Notes under the pieces: model-generated
Database searches by the model: none
What the model saw: only the letters and a program-made list of their open reading frames with translations
What the model was told of the DNA's origin: nothing
In this document: piece by piece, positions 1 through 12,882 of the stretch
Numbering within the stretch: the first letter of the stretch is position 1
Layout: each line of letters begins with the position of its first letter
NCBI RefSeq assembly: GCF_001194135.2
Contig: NC_068986.1
Location: forward strand, 73,072,535-73,130,829
DNA length: 58,295 nucleotides
Direction of reading: 5' to 3'
Source of the DNA: Octopus bimaculoides
Lineage: Eukaryota
Translations under genes and position numbers: made by a program

Positions 1-226
1 CGGAAAAATCGAATCTTGTGAATTTTCCGAAAGTTCTCTCCCCGTTTGCGCAAATTTTTTTTGTCATTCGTTTTCTACACAGTTGTTAACACCTAGTAGG
101 CTGTTTTTTTTTTTTGTTAACGGGTGAAGATCTTTATATTAACCGACTTACAAATGTAGCAGGTAACAGCTAACCTTTGGGCGATGTTTTGAACCCCGTT
201 GTGTCTACCATGTACTGAATTTAGGT
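1..226 (+). promoter_or_regulatory. Candidate promoter / non-coding first exon of gene A
   Basis: Relatively CpG-rich segment with candidate donors CAG|gtaaca (163) and TAG|gtaaat (225). An upstream exon is required because exon 1900 starts at an acceptor. Confidence 0.35.
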
Positions 227-436
227 AAATAATCCTTTGAACACACGGTCAGTAGCGACATCTACTTGGTTTGGCTGCTCTACATTGATAAAGGGCAAAT
301 ACCCTGAAACTAGTCTGTAGATGCCAGACCAGCAAGGGGAAGTGGCTGACCTTCCCTGTTTGAAGGTTATAATGGACACAGGTTCATCAACGGCAGCATT
401 CATCCTATTTTTCTGGACTGCCATGTTAGCTTGGCA

Positions 437-900
437 ATCATCATCATCGTTTAACGTCCGCTTTCCATGCTAGCATGGGTTGGATGATTTGACTGAGGAC
501 TGGTGAACTGGATAGCTGCACCAGGCTCCAATCTGATCAGGCAGAGTTTCTACNNNNNNNNNNATGGGTTGGATGATTTGACTGAGGACTGGTGAACTGG
601 ATAGCTGCACCAGGCTCCAATCTGATCAGGCAGAGTTTCTACAGCTGGATGCCCTTCCTAACGCCAATCACTCCGAGAGTGTAGTGGGTGCTTTTATGTG
701 CCACCGGCACAAAGGCCAGTCACGCGGTACTGACAACGGCCACGCCCAAAATGGAGTTTTTTTTACGTGCCACCTCCACAGGAGCCAGTCCAGCGGCACT
801 GGCAACAACCTCGGTCGAATGACTTTCTAACATGCTAGTAAGGCGACGCTGGTAACGATCATGCTCAAATGGTGCTATTTACGTGCCACTAGCATGGAAG
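437..900 (-). mobile_element. Non-autonomous repeat sharing the RTE 3' UTR and (GAT)n tail
   Basis: Same sequence as 37210-37625. Other copies at 3232-3485(-), 3850-4030(-), 9480-9735(+), 9750-10200(-), 11220-11400(+), 28255-28420(+), 31640-31735(-), 43640-43825(-) and 52875-52990(+). Confidence 0.8.
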
Positions 901-1900
901 CCAGGCAGCTGCTCTGGCAATGATCATGTTCGGACAGTGCTGTTGGTGCTCCACTGGCACAGGTGCCAGTCATCGAATATAGTTCAATTACGATTTCGAT
1001 TTCACTTGCCCCAACAGGTCTTCGCAAGCAGAGTTTAGTGTCCAATGAAGGAGAGGTTAGCATGGGTGCCAGTTGTCGAATTCGGTTCAATTTCAGTTTC
1101 AAATTCACTTGCCTCAACAGGTCTTCGCAAGCAGACAATAACTATTAATATATATATATATATACATACATACACACACGCCTATATATGATGGATTCCC
1201 TCGTCGTGAACAACAAATGAGGGTTCAGTAAAATGAAGTGGTAATCATGTTCTATGGACATGAGTGTGTCTCTTGAGGCCTGTTGATGCCTTGCAAACCT
1301 TTTGGCAAATGGGACAAGTTGAGGACTCAGTTTGCTTGAGTGCTTGTGGATTATTTACTATGTGTTTTCTTAAGTGGATGGCAATATATATATTGCTTCT
1401 TCATAGCACCTTCTGTCACTTTGGGCAGGTGTCCTCTGCTACAGCCTCAGGCCAACCATAGCCTTAGGAGTAGATTTGTAAGGCAGAGACTAAAAGTTCA
1501 TCATGTGTCTATGTGTATATGAGAGTTCTTGTGTCACCTTGTCTGGGCTTCACACAATAAGTATTCAAAAAACAGATTTTGTTCTTTCACTATATATTTC
1601 CACTTCTGCAACTATGACCGTTCTTCTCATAGGCAGATACATATTTCTAGTAAATAATAGACTGACTTCAAATATAGTGATCTTCAGATAATTTGAAGAA
1701 AAAAACCTGAAGTAGGAAGCATTTAAAATATTCTGAAATGATAATGTTATAGAATAAATAAGATTAAAAAAAGAAATTGTTATAATAATATTCATCTTTG
1801 TTTATATATTATGTTACAGTTCCTTGAAAATTTATGTAATTTTGATGACCAAATTATATGAGCTGCTATGACTGGTATTTTATTAATATATTTCAACAGG

Positions 1901-1994
1901 ATGTCTGGATCAACACAATATAAAGTGTGGGATGCTAAACGGATTGTTCGCAAAGGTGTAGTTGCCAATGGCTTTACTGATCTAATTGAAAAAG
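1901..1994 (+). CDS. DFFA-like: DFFA/ICAD-like CIDE-N gene A, coding exon 1 (MSGSTQYKVWDAKRIVRKGVVANGFTDLIEK)
   Basis: Acceptor tttcaacag|G then ATG at 1901; donor AAAG|gttggt at 1995 (phase 1). The peptide matches the N-terminal half of CIDE-N (YKV..R..RKGV.A....L..K). Confidence 0.9.
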
Positions 1995-2105
1995 GTTGGT
2001 TTGTTTCTCTTTAGATTGTTTCCCTAGATTTCGAAGTAAATTGTTGTCTTCTGAAAGAAGTTTACCTTACAAAACATATCAAGACTGCTTAATCTCTCTC
2101 TCTCT

Positions 2106-2146
<41 letters not shown>

Positions 2147-5100
2147 TGCCAATAAGGAAATATTAGTCTACTGTTAGAAATGAAGGGTATGATGTACTGA
2201 GAGTAACCTTGAAGACCAAAGATCTGTCTCTGAAATTCAAATGTGTACTTTCCATTCAAAGAGAAGGGTAGGTAAAAGAAATGTGTAACTCCCAGTTCTG
2301 TAGTTTTTACTTGATCCAGTAGTACTGATGAACAAAAACTGAGTAGCCGATTTGTTTTATTAAGAAGCTAAAATAAGTGATCTGTAATGACAAAATTGGT
2401 TGACAGAAAAACCAAAATCCGTGTGATACTCCTATGTAAAAATATTAATTGTTAACAAAAAAATGACATTTACATCTAGTGAATCAGTTCGTATGTGTCT
2501 GTATAAGATATCTGTGTCAGTAGTTGTATTTGAATACTGTAGTGATGACATAAGTTCCTGCTGCAATTCATCCTAGCCGTGTTAGAACTATGAGTCAGTT
2601 ACCAGATAAACCATAGATATGTTCCCATTGGTCTGTCAAAGAAAAGCCACCAACTATGAAATTGCTAATGACAATCCAATATGTTGTTTATCCCAAAATG
2701 GTTAGGTTGTTTACAACTTTGATGCTCAGCTGAGCTATTGATAAAAACAAATTCTTAATGTGCTTAAAAGAAACCAGAATGCTTAGTTGCTTGCTGACAT
2801 CATCAATCCCTGATAAGGTTCTGTTTGTTATTTATAACTATTTCCATGCCTGAACATAAAGATTTTGGATTCACTTCTTAGGCAGTGAGTTGGTGTCAGA
2901 GACTCTGCCCATATTCCTGCAATAAATTTTTCCTTCTGGTTTCCCTTAGACTTCAATTATTGTTCAATGAAGTGAGACCTAGTGGACAGAGTAGCAGGCA
3001 ACCAACTGAGAGTTTATAAACTGTCCTCAGTACTGGCCAAGACATATAACTCTCAAAAAGCCTTGTCTACTAGGTTGGTAATTAGCTACTATACATTATG
3101 TGCCAGGTTCGATTCCTCCTATGATCTCTCAGTTAATAACTTAAAAGTACAAAGACTAGAGTTAAATACCAGACCATATGGATCATTGAGATTCTCTTCT
3201 GAACCTCATCTATTGACTTACCATTATGAATACTCATCATCATTATCGTTTAATGTCCATTTTCCATGTTGGCATGGGTTGGATGATTTGACAGAAGCTG
3301 TCCAGGTTCCAATTGTCTGTTTTGGCATGGGTTCCACAGCTGGATGCCCATCCTAATGCAAACTACTTCACAAAGTGTGCTGGGTCTTTATATACATGCC
3401 ACTGGCACAAGTGCATTTTACTTAGCACCAACATGAGTGTATTCTATGTGGCATCGACATGAGTGCATTTTATGTGGCACTGGCAAAACAAAAAACTTTT
3501 CGGCTGGGAGAGGGAGTGGGCATATGGCCATAAAAGACATTCCTGTATGTATAGACATATGAAATAATGTATATATGAATACTGAAGATAAATATAAGAA
3601 TATATCATTCTTATTTGGAAAAAATTAGCATTGCATATTTCATTGGAAAACCTAGCAGTCAGTACTCAAGTGAATGGAACTCAGCTACTCAAGCTGCTCT
3701 TACTTCCCTTTCACTTTACCTTCTCTCTTTTTTTTTTGAATGCATCAGATGCTGCAAGTTTCAGCTTCTTTCTTGCCTCTTCAAAAGCCACTTTTACATG
3801 CTGTTAAGGTTTACTGATTCATTCAGTAATGGTATTCAGGCTACATCTTCATCATCATCAATATCCATTTTTTAATGTCCACTTTCCAAGCTGGCATGGA
3901 TAGAACAGTTTGACAGAATTCAACAGGCTGGAAGTCCATGTCTTCTTCCAATATCTCATATTTGGTATGGTTTCTACAGCTCTATGCCCTTCTCAACACC
4001 AATCACTTTACTTAGTATATTGGATGCATTTTTGTGGTACAGGGCTACAAAGGTTGCCTTGTCATGAGCAAGACTAATGAACCCGGTCAACATTTAGAGT
4101 TTACCCGGCACTTTCTGTGGTATCAGTACTGTTAGGGTCATTGCAGATTGCAAAGAGAAAGAGAGTAGCAACTTGTGATGGAAAGGAACAGATTTACTGT
4201 GAGATGTTAATGGAATGAATAACAGAGGGATCAGTTTTGGGATGGGAGTAGAGGAGACAGGAAGGGAAGGAGAAAAGTAACATTAGGAGTAAGCATGAAG
4301 GAGAGAGGGAGGGGACAATGGGGTGAGTAGATGAATCCAGTGAAGGGATGAGTCAGTCTGTTTGCTATTGGTTGGATGGTTCATTAGGGTCCAAGACAGT
4401 TCTTAGAGTTATATAGGTCTATTTGTTCAGGAAAGGGAGTAATTGGAAGTAAATGAAAGTAGCATCAGGGGATTAGTGAGAAAGAAAGTGTGATGACAGA
4501 GTGGGGGAGGGTTGAGTAGGAGTAGGTATAATGCTACCCCATGTTATATATGAGCAGGTAAAGTGGTGCACGAAGGAAAGATAAGATAGAAGTAGGTAAT
4601 GGGCTGGAGGAAAGGTAGTATTAGAAGATTAATGAGAGAGTGAGGCGGGAAGATGAGGAGGTTGAATAGGGGGGATGCAGTGCTAATCCATGTTATATAT
4701 GGAGTGGGATGAATGGTGCAGAGGAGAGATAGATAAATTAATGATGAAGAGCCAGTGTTTATCCTCAAGGTAATATGTCCAAACAAACATGGTGATGGAA
4801 GAGTGAAAGAAGGCAGGTAAATGTTACCAGTGTGCACTCACTCCCCACTTAAGTATCATGAAATATGAATTGGGAAGGTGGAGAAGGTAGCAGGATATGG
4901 GTGATTGATGTATGGGGAAGGGAGATATCCAATCTTACCTTTTTATCTTTTAGTTGTTTCAGTCATTAGTAAGTCTGGTACTTATTCTATCGGTCTCCTT
5001 TTGCTGAACTGCTATGGTACAGGGATGTAGATAAAGTAACACCAATTGCCAGATGGTTGCGGGGAGCAAGCACAAAGACACACGCACATACATACACATG

Positions 5101-5947
5101 TGCACACATATATACATACAAGGGGCTTCTTTCAGTTTTTGTTTACCAAATCCACTCACAAGGCTTTGGTTGGCCTGGATCTATAGAAGGAGACACTTGC
5201 TCAAGGTGTCATGTAGTGGGACTGAACCAAGATTGGGAAGCAAACTTCTTACTCCACAGCCATGCTGAGCACTTTCCTCTCAGTTATGAGTATCATGGCA
5301 TGGTGAGTAGGGGAGATGGGAGGGTACAGAATAGGCATAGTGGTTAGGGAAATAGATGACTCTGGGGTGTGAAGGTATGGAATGGACAAGTGGGTGGGGA
5401 TGCATGTTCAGAGGGCACAGAATAGGTGTAGTGAAGTGAGGGGCATGTGCACTAAATGTGTGTGGGAGGTCAGGTCTTTTGCAACATTGCATATCACCTG
5501 TGGACATGCTTTTCAGTCATCTCCTTTGACAGATGTACCATCTTGAAATCATTTTGCAACATCCCAAATTTTCCCTGGTCTCTTCCTCCTGCTGGTGCCA
5601 TTCACTTTAAATGTTTGACAGTTGTTTTTGCAGCTGTTATCCTCCATTCACTTCGTATGCCTGCACCAACATAATTTTATACACTACAACTGACTCCTCT
5701 TAGACTCAGTTTGTCTCTCAGTTCATTTATACTTTGTCATTCAAGCACATAACATGGCACATCCAATAAAGATGCTCACCTCATTTCTTTCAAGTCTTTA
5801 CATGTCTTCCACCCTCAAGGTCCATGTCTTGCTGCTGTGCAGCAGTGCATTTTGCACACAACCATCATGCAGTCTGTCTTTGATCTTGAGAGATAAACTC
5901 TTTTCTATCAGCAAAGGTAATAGCCTCCTAAACTTCCTCTTACCTGC

Positions 5948-6075
5948 TCTTATTCCAGCTACCATACTTTCAGGACCCCCCCCCCATCCCTAGTTCTTAT
6001 TCTAGCTACCATACTTTCAGGACATCAACCCCCATCCCCATTGTTCTTATTCCAGCTACCATACTTTCAGGACAT
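5948..6075 (+). repeat. Three tandem 47-50-bp units (tcttattccagctaccatactttcaggac + spacer)
   Basis: Units start at 5948, 5995 and 6045. Confidence 0.85.
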
Positions 6076-6231
6076 TGCTAATTTGGTCACCTAGGTAGCA
6101 AAAACTACCAACCCCTTCTAGGGAGTCAACTGTGCATTTGGGGGACTCTATTTCCTAGGCACTCTAAGTGCTTACTATCCCAGTGCAACTGCTCTATTTG
6201 AAATATACCTTTTCTGTTAACCTGCTTTTAA

Positions 6232-6450
6232 CCCTTTAGCATTCAGATTATTCTATCAAATGTAATACTTGTTTATTCACATTGTTTTGAATTAATGAAG
6301 CATTGTCTTGAGGCTTCAAGATATCAATGCTGCAATTATTTATTTTTACTATGATGTTGTAGGCTAAGTGTGAGATGTCGGATCTCACCAGTTTGAACAT
6401 AAAAAGGCAGAATATTTTGGCTGGATATGGCTGGATTAAATGCTAAAGAG
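6232..6450. mobile_element. piggyBac-type MITE (TTAA TSD; CCCTTTAGCATT...AATGCTAAAG(A/G)G)
   Basis: TTAA on both sides, short TIRs; homologous copies elsewhere in the window. Confidence 0.75.
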
Positions 6451-6603
6451 TTAATCCAACTATTGCTTACACTAGATATATCTTATAGAGTTTCTACTAA
6501 TTCCTTCACTATCATCATAATTTTTTTTATGTCTGTTTTCATATGTCAATATGACTAATAAAAAACATGCAGTATTATGTTCAATTCATGTTTTACTTTT
6601 CAG

Positions 6604-6762
6604 CTCGGAATAAGTTCAATGTTTCTCCATCACAAAAGGTAAGAATCTGCCTTGAGTGTGATGGCACAGAAGTAGATGATGAGGAATACTTCAACCACCT
6701 TCCTGAAAATACTGTATTTCAGGTGATTCTTGGTTCAAAAAACTGGACAGCACCTTATCCTG
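6604..6762 (+). CDS. DFFA-like: DFFA/ICAD-like gene A, coding exon 2 (CIDE-N core: LECDGTEVDDEEYFNHLPENTVFQVILGSKNW)
   Basis: Acceptor ttttcag|CT, donor CCTG|gttggt; 159 nt, phase 1/1. Contains the hallmark CIDE-N motif DGTEVDDEEYF..LP.NT and the terminal Trp. Confidence 0.93.
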
Positions 6763-6819
6763 GTTGGTATATTCTAAGAATTTCATAAAATAGTTTGATG
6801 ACAAAATGTATATTAAAAT

Positions 6820-6882
6820 ACTACTGCTGCTGCTGCTACTACTACTACTACTACTACTCCTCCTCCTCCTCCTACTACTACT
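6820..6882. repeat. Compound trinucleotide microsatellite (CTA/CTG/CTC)
   Basis: Direct reading; produces the poly-Leu pseudo-ORF. Similar tracts at 7270-7385, 37597-37750, 38085-38147, 50664-50750, 51215-51263, 51800-51870 and 52108-52240. Confidence 0.95.
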
Positions 6883-7271
6883 CGTGGCACTCTGCCTGTT
6901 ACAACAACAAGGGTTCCAGTTGATCCGATCAATGGAAAAGCCTGCTCATGAAGTTAACATGCAAGTGGCTGAGCACTCTACAGACACGTGTACCCTTATC
7001 GTAGTTCTTTGGGAGATTCAGTGTGACACAGAGTATAACAAGGCTGGCCCTTTGAAATACAGGCACAACAGAAACAGGAAGTAAGAGTGAGAGAAAGTTG
7101 TGGTAAATGAATGCAGCAGGGTTCACCCCCCCCCCACGCCTGTTGGAGCCTCGTGGAGACCTAGGTGTTTTCACTCAATAAACACTCACAGCGCTCCGTC
7201 TGGGAATCGAAACCATGATCCTATAACTGCAAGTCTGCTGCCCTAACCACTGGGCCATTATGCCTCCACAA

Positions 7272-7307
<36 letters not shown>

Positions 7308-8246
7308 TACTACTACTTCTACTACTACTAATAATAATAATAATCATGATGATAATAATAATAATATCATCATCATCATCATCATTTAATGTCTGTTTTC
7401 CATGCTGGCATGACAACTATTATGTGATGGTCTGGGGAACAATTTGGACATAAACAAACCAACACTGATTATCAAGTGGTATTGATTTTCTAGGACCTTT
7501 GCTTCCAAAAAAACCTTTCTGAATTACTGATTCTCCTGAACGAGGGGAGGTTACCTTTGACAACGCATTCTAAATTAAACAAACATTAAATATACTTTGG
7601 TATTTACAGGTGTGGCTATCTGGTAAGAAGCTTACTTCTCAACCACATGGTTCCGGGTTCAGTCCCATGGTGTCGCACCTTGAGCAAGTGTCTTCTACTA
7701 TAGCCATGTGAGAGGATTTGGTAGATGGAAACTAGAAGAAGCCTATCATATATTTATATATATATGTATTTGTGTATGTGTGTCTGTGTTTGTCCCTCCA
7801 CCATTGCTTGACAATCGATGCTGGTGTCTTTATGTCACTGTAACCTAGCGGTTCAGCAGAAAAGACCAATAGAATAAGTACTAGCTTACAAAGAATAAGT
7901 CCTGTGGTCGATTTCTTTGTCTAAAATCCTTTAAGGCATTAGCTCCAGCATGGCTGCCATCAAATGACTGAAACAATTCAAAGAATAAAAGAGTTACATG
8001 AAATACAGGTACTTGTACGTTAGTATAAATGATTTATAAAAGAAAGTTTATTAACACTGTACTGTACACTGTACCAATAAACTAGTCTGGTAGCTGCAGG
8101 AATTTGAAAATCCTGCTTGTAAATTATTGTTGATTATAAAGGTTCTAAACCTTTAGTGTCCAGAAAGTCAGTGTTGTATCTGTGTGTGTGTATGTGTCTG
8201 CATCATCATCATCATCATCATCATCGTTTAACGTCCGCTTTCCATG

Positions 8247-9069
8247 NNNNNNNNNNNNNNNNNNNNNNNNNNNNNNNNNNNNNNNNNNNNNNNNNNNNNN
8301 NNNNNNNNNNNNNNNNNNNNNNNNNNNNNNNNNNNNNNNNNNNNNNNNNNNNNNNNNNNNNNNNNNNNNNNNNNNNNNNNNNNNNNNNNNNNNNNNNNNN
8401 NNNNNNNNNNNNNNNNNNNNNNNNNNNNNNNNNNNNNNNNNNNNNNNNNNNNNNNNNNNNNNNNNNNNNNNNNNNNNNNNNNNNNNNNNNNNNNNNNNNN
8501 NNNNNNNNNNNNNNNNNNNNNNNNNNNNNNNNNNNNNNNNNNNNNNNNNNNNNNNNNNNNNNNNNNNNNNNNNNNNNNNNNNNNNNNNNNNNNNNNNNNN
8601 NNNNNNNNNNNNNNNNNNNNNNNNNNNNNNNNNNNNNNNNNNNNNNNNNNNNNNNNNNNNNNNNNNNNNNNNNNNNNNNNNNNNNNNNNNNNNNNNNNNN
8701 NNNNNNNNNNNNNNNNNNNNNNNNNNNNNNNNNNNNNNNNNNNNNNNNNNNNNNNNNNNNNNNNNNNNNNNNNNNNNNNNNNNNNNNNNNNNNNNNNNNN
8801 NNNNNNNNNNNNNNNNNNNNNNNNNNNNNNNNNNNNNNNNNNNNNNNNNNNNNNNNNNNNNNNNNNNNNNNNNNNNNNNNNNNNNNNNNNNNNNNNNNNN
8901 NNNNNNNNNNNNNNNNNNNNNNNNNNNNNNNNNNNNNNNNNNNNNNNNNNNNNNNNNNNNNNNNNNNNNNNNNNNNNNNNNNNNNNNNNNNNNNNNNNNN
9001 NNNNNNNNNNNNNNNNNNNNNNNNNNNNNNNNNNNNNNNNNNNNNNNNNNNNNNNNNNNNNNNNNNNNN
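8247..9069. other. Assembly gap (N run)
   Basis: N tract. Other gaps: 554-563, 17556-18309, 20889-21135, 36827-37124, 38148-39034, 49899-50523, 53693-53955. Confidence 1.
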
Positions 9070-10234
9070 TGCTTTTCCCTTGGATAACATCAGTGGTGTG
9101 GAGAGGGAAGACTGGTATGTATGGGCAACTGCTGGTCTTCCATAAACAACCTTGCCCAGACATGTGCCTCAGACGGTTAACTTTCTAGGTACAATCCCAT
9201 GGTCATTCATGACCGAAGGGGGTCTTTACTTTTTACACTTATACATACATACATTAAAAAATATGAGAGAAACAATAAAATTCACAAGACTTTTTATTCA
9301 GAACTATAATGATGGTTTTGACTCATCATGCACTGGTACCTTGCAGATGAGATGCTGTACAGACAGTTGTGATGCATTGTAGGTGCAAGTACATCTCATG
9401 TAACTTTTCAGCATACTACAAGGTGTATACCTGAATATAAAATGATTGCATATATTACATATTATATATCATCATCATCTTGCAGGTGGCACGTAAAAGA
9501 CATCATTTCGAGCGAGGCCGTTGCCAGTACCACCTGACTGGCCTTCGTGCCGGTGGCACGTAAAAGCACCCACTACACTCTCGGAGTGGTTGTCGTTAGG
9601 AAAAGCATCCAGCTGTAGAAACTCTGCCAAATCAGATTGGAGCCTGGTGTAGCCACCTGGTTCACCAGTCCTCAGTCAAATCGTCCAACCCATGCTAGCA
9701 TGGAAAGCGGACGTTAAACGATGATGATGATGATCATCATCATCATTATCATCATTTAATGTCTGTTGTCCATGCTGGCATGGGCTGGACAGTTTGGCCA
9801 GGGCTGGCAAGCTGGAAGGTTGCATCAAACTCCAGTCTGATTTGGCACAGTTTCTATGGCTGGATGCCCTTCCTAACGCCAACCACTCCGAAAGTGTAAT
9901 GGGTGTTTTACAGGCCACTGGCATGGGTGCCATTTATGTGATACCAGTATCTGCCATGACTGTGATTTTACTTGACTTGATAGGTCTTCTTCTCAAGCAT
10001 GACATAATGCCATGGTCTTGGTCATTCATCATTGCCTCTATGAAGCCCAGCATTCAAAAGGAGCTTTTCATGTGCCACTGGCATCGGCCACTTTGCCTCC
10101 ATGAGGCCCAATGCTTGAAAAGTGCTTTTTATGTGCCAGTTACATGACATCAGGATTGACCATGACTACAATTTCACTTGACTTGATGGGTCTTCTCAAG
10201 CACTGCATGTAATATATATGTTTATCAGCGTGGA

Positions 10235-10590
10235 AAGTAAAAAGGGTAAAGACCCCCTTCAGTCATGGATGAGCACAGGATTGCACCTAGAAAGTTACCC
10301 ACTGAGGCACCACTCCAGGCAAGGTTGTTTATGGAAAAGTAGTAGTTTCCTATGCATATCAAACTCCCCTCTCCATGCTACCGGTGTTACCCAAGGGAAA
10401 GGCAAAGACTGATACAGTATGGCACCAGTGACATTGCAACTCATTTCTACAACTGAGTGAATTGGAGTAATGTGAAATAAAGTCTCTTGCTCAAGAACCC
10501 AACACACAGCCTGGTCCTGGAATCAAACTCACTATCTCCTGATGATTGTGAACTCGATGCTCTAACCACTGAGCCATGTACCTTTACTAG
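10235..10590 (-). mobile_element. tRNA-derived SINE family 3 with CORE-like central domain
   Basis: Head ggctcagtggttagagc and ttgagcaagagactttatttcac core. Its 3' half also occurs at 9070-9235(+), and a related head/core at 40735-41000(+). Confidence 0.75.
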
Positions 10591-10814
10591 CATGGAAAGT
10601 AGGCATTGAATATAATGCATATTCTCTTTCATCAATGAGATTATAATTTTTCAGACAAGTAACCCAATCTTTAGAGACTAAATATTTTTTTAAATTTACA
10701 TTATTATATTTAAACTATTATATTTACAATATATTCATAAATTATAATCTAATTAACAGTAATAGATTTCACAATTTTCAACATTTAATTCTACATTCTT
10801 TGTTTTCTTTTTAG

Positions 10815-10954
10815 TTACATCTTCATTTAATATTCCTTTTGACACCACGGATGGACCATCTGATACCAATATTTCTAACGAAATTGTTAATTTGTTGTCT
10901 GGAATTCATTCAGATATTATTAAATGTATATCCTTTTCAAATAGTCAGTTAGAG
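10815..10954 (+). CDS. DFFA-like: DFFA/ICAD-like gene A, coding exon 3 (contains DTTD|G caspase-type site and start of DFF-C-like helices)
   Basis: Acceptor ttttcttttttag|TT, donor GAG|gtaagt; 140 nt, phase 1/0; keeps the frame. Aligns with exon 3 of gene B (DGP..LLSGI.SD..KC). Confidence 0.85.
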
Positions 10955-11041
10955 GTAAGTAAATAAATTATTTCTGTTGTTAGTAATTACTTTTGGTAAT
11001 GATCTGTGATCTGCATTTCATTAATTATTAGAAATAACTTT

Positions 11042-11233
11042 GTGGTGCTATGTAAAAGCACCTGTGTGGTGACACATAGAAGCATCCATATGGCGACATG
11101 TAAATGCGCCCATGCGGCAACACATAGAAGCACCTGTGCGGTGTCACATAAAAGTGTCTGCGTAGTGTCACAGAAAAGCTCCTGTCCGGTGCCACATAAA
11201 AGTGCCCATGTAGTGTCACATAAAAGCACCCAG
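11042..11233 (+). repeat. Minisatellite, 8 x 24-bp degenerate units (gcggtgccacataaaagcacccat-like)
   Basis: Strict 24-nt periodicity read by hand; the last unit runs into the RTE-3'UTR repeat. Confidence 0.85.
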
Positions 11234-12324
11234 CACACTCTGTAAAGTGGTTGGCGTTTGGAAGGGTATCCTGCCATAAAAACTGTGCCAAATCAGACTG
11301 GAACCCCCCCCCCCCTCGGGCTTGCCAGCACTGGTCACACTGTCCAACCCATGCCTGTATGGACAACAGATGTTAAAATGATGTTGATGATTATGAACTG
11401 AGATCCCCACCCACCTCTTTCTTATCTACACTCCAACATGATCTTCCTCTCTAACTTCTTGGGTGAATACACTTTTCTACCACTGTGTATCAGATAATCC
11501 TTAACCAACCCTAAGCATCCAGGTTTCTATCACTGTGGCTACTACAAAATAGTAATTCTTTCTACAATAGACACAAGGTCTGAAATTTGAGAGAGGGAGC
11601 TTGTCAGTTACATCGATTCTGAAAGGAGGAAAGGCAAAGTTGACCTTGGCAGAATTTGAACTCCGAAGGTAAAGACCAGAGGAACTGCTGCTAAGTATTA
11701 TGTCTGGCATGCTAAAGACTCTGCCATCTTGTCACCTTTCTTTCTAATTTTGGCAGTAGGTCAGTAATTTAGAGGAGAAAGCCAGTTACATTGACTCCAT
11801 TGCTGAACTCGTACTTATTTTATCGAGCCCAAAAGGATAAGTAGAGTCAACCTCGGTGATATTTGAACTCAGAATGTAGTGAGCCAGAAGATAAACTGGT
11901 AAGCATTTTGTTCGGTGATCTACCAATTTTGCCAGCTCACCACTTTACCACTACTAAATAATAATAATGGCATGTAATATGTAAGTATCTAACACCATAG
12001 ACATCCAAATGAAGAAAAGAATGATGATAATGATAATAATAATAATAATTTCACCACAAGGCTGTCAAGTTAGTGGGATGGAGTAAGTTGATTACATCAA
12101 CCCCAGTGCTCCACTGGTACTTATTTTATTGACCCTGAGAGGATGAAAGGCAAAATCGACCTTGGTGGAATTTGAACTCAGATTGTAAGGATGGATAAAA
12201 TGCCATGAAGCATTTTACTCAGTATGTTAAGTAATAATAATAATAATAATAATAGTAATAATTTCAAATTTTGGCATAAGGCCAGCAGATTTGCTGGGTG
12301 GGCTGAGTTAGCTGTGTGAAGAAG

Positions 12325-12500
12325 TGCCGATCTCTGATGGTGGAGGGAACCTTTGGAAGAGGTAGATCCAAGGACATGGGATGAGGTGGTGAAGCATGAT
12401 CTTTGAATGTTGGGCCTCACAGAGGCAATGACAAGTGACCAAGACCTTCGGTGATATGCCATGCTCAAGAAGACTTCTCAAGCCAAGTGAGATCACAATT
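12325..12500 (+). mobile_element. Older RTE LINE 3' ORF-end fragment
   Basis: Diverged homolog of 37125-37210 and 39035-39200 (gggcctcacagaggcaatgac...ccaagtgagatc). A similar piece lies at ~28560-28690. Confidence 0.7.
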
Positions 12501-12666
12501 GAGTTGATGAAGACTGGGGATCAAACTGATTGAACTGTAGTGCAGATGTTAATATTCAAAATATTTTCATCTTCATAGATTAAAAGTTTATTATCCTATT
12601 CTGTAATATGAATTACAATATTTAATAGTACTCATTATAATATTTCAATTCTTATTTTATTCTTAG

Positions 12667-12882
12667 GCAATACTTCGTCTTGATATTGGTACATTGGCTG
12701 ATTATATGAATGATAATAAACGATTTGCATCTGAATTCAAAGAATGCTGCAAACAGATACTAAATAAACGTAAAAAACAAGAAGAAATTTTGCATCATCT
12801 CAGAACACTAAATGTCGTTCACAGATTAAGTCCTTATGTTTGTACCGGTGCTACTCAATCAAGTCCAGAATCTGAAAACTAG
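12667..12882 (+). CDS. DFFA-like: DFFA/ICAD-like gene A, terminal coding exon 4
   Basis: Acceptor ttttattcttag|GCA, phase 0, in frame with the tracked ORF 12694-12882 and ending at TAG. Total CDS 94+159+140+216=609 nt (202 aa). Aligns ungapped to gene B exon 4 (LA....D...FA..FKE.C). Confidence 0.85.
   Translation, partial: AILRLDIGTLADYMNDNKRFASEFKECCKQILNKRKKQEEILHHLRTLNVVHRLSPYVCTGATQSSPESEN

Noticed and set aside
475-642. Exact 79-bp tandem duplication (475-553 and 564-642)
   Set aside because: The copies flank a 10-N gap: an unmerged contig overlap, not biology.
11042-11233. CRISPR-like array
   Set aside because: Contiguous degenerate tandem units with no unique spacers, in a eukaryotic intron.
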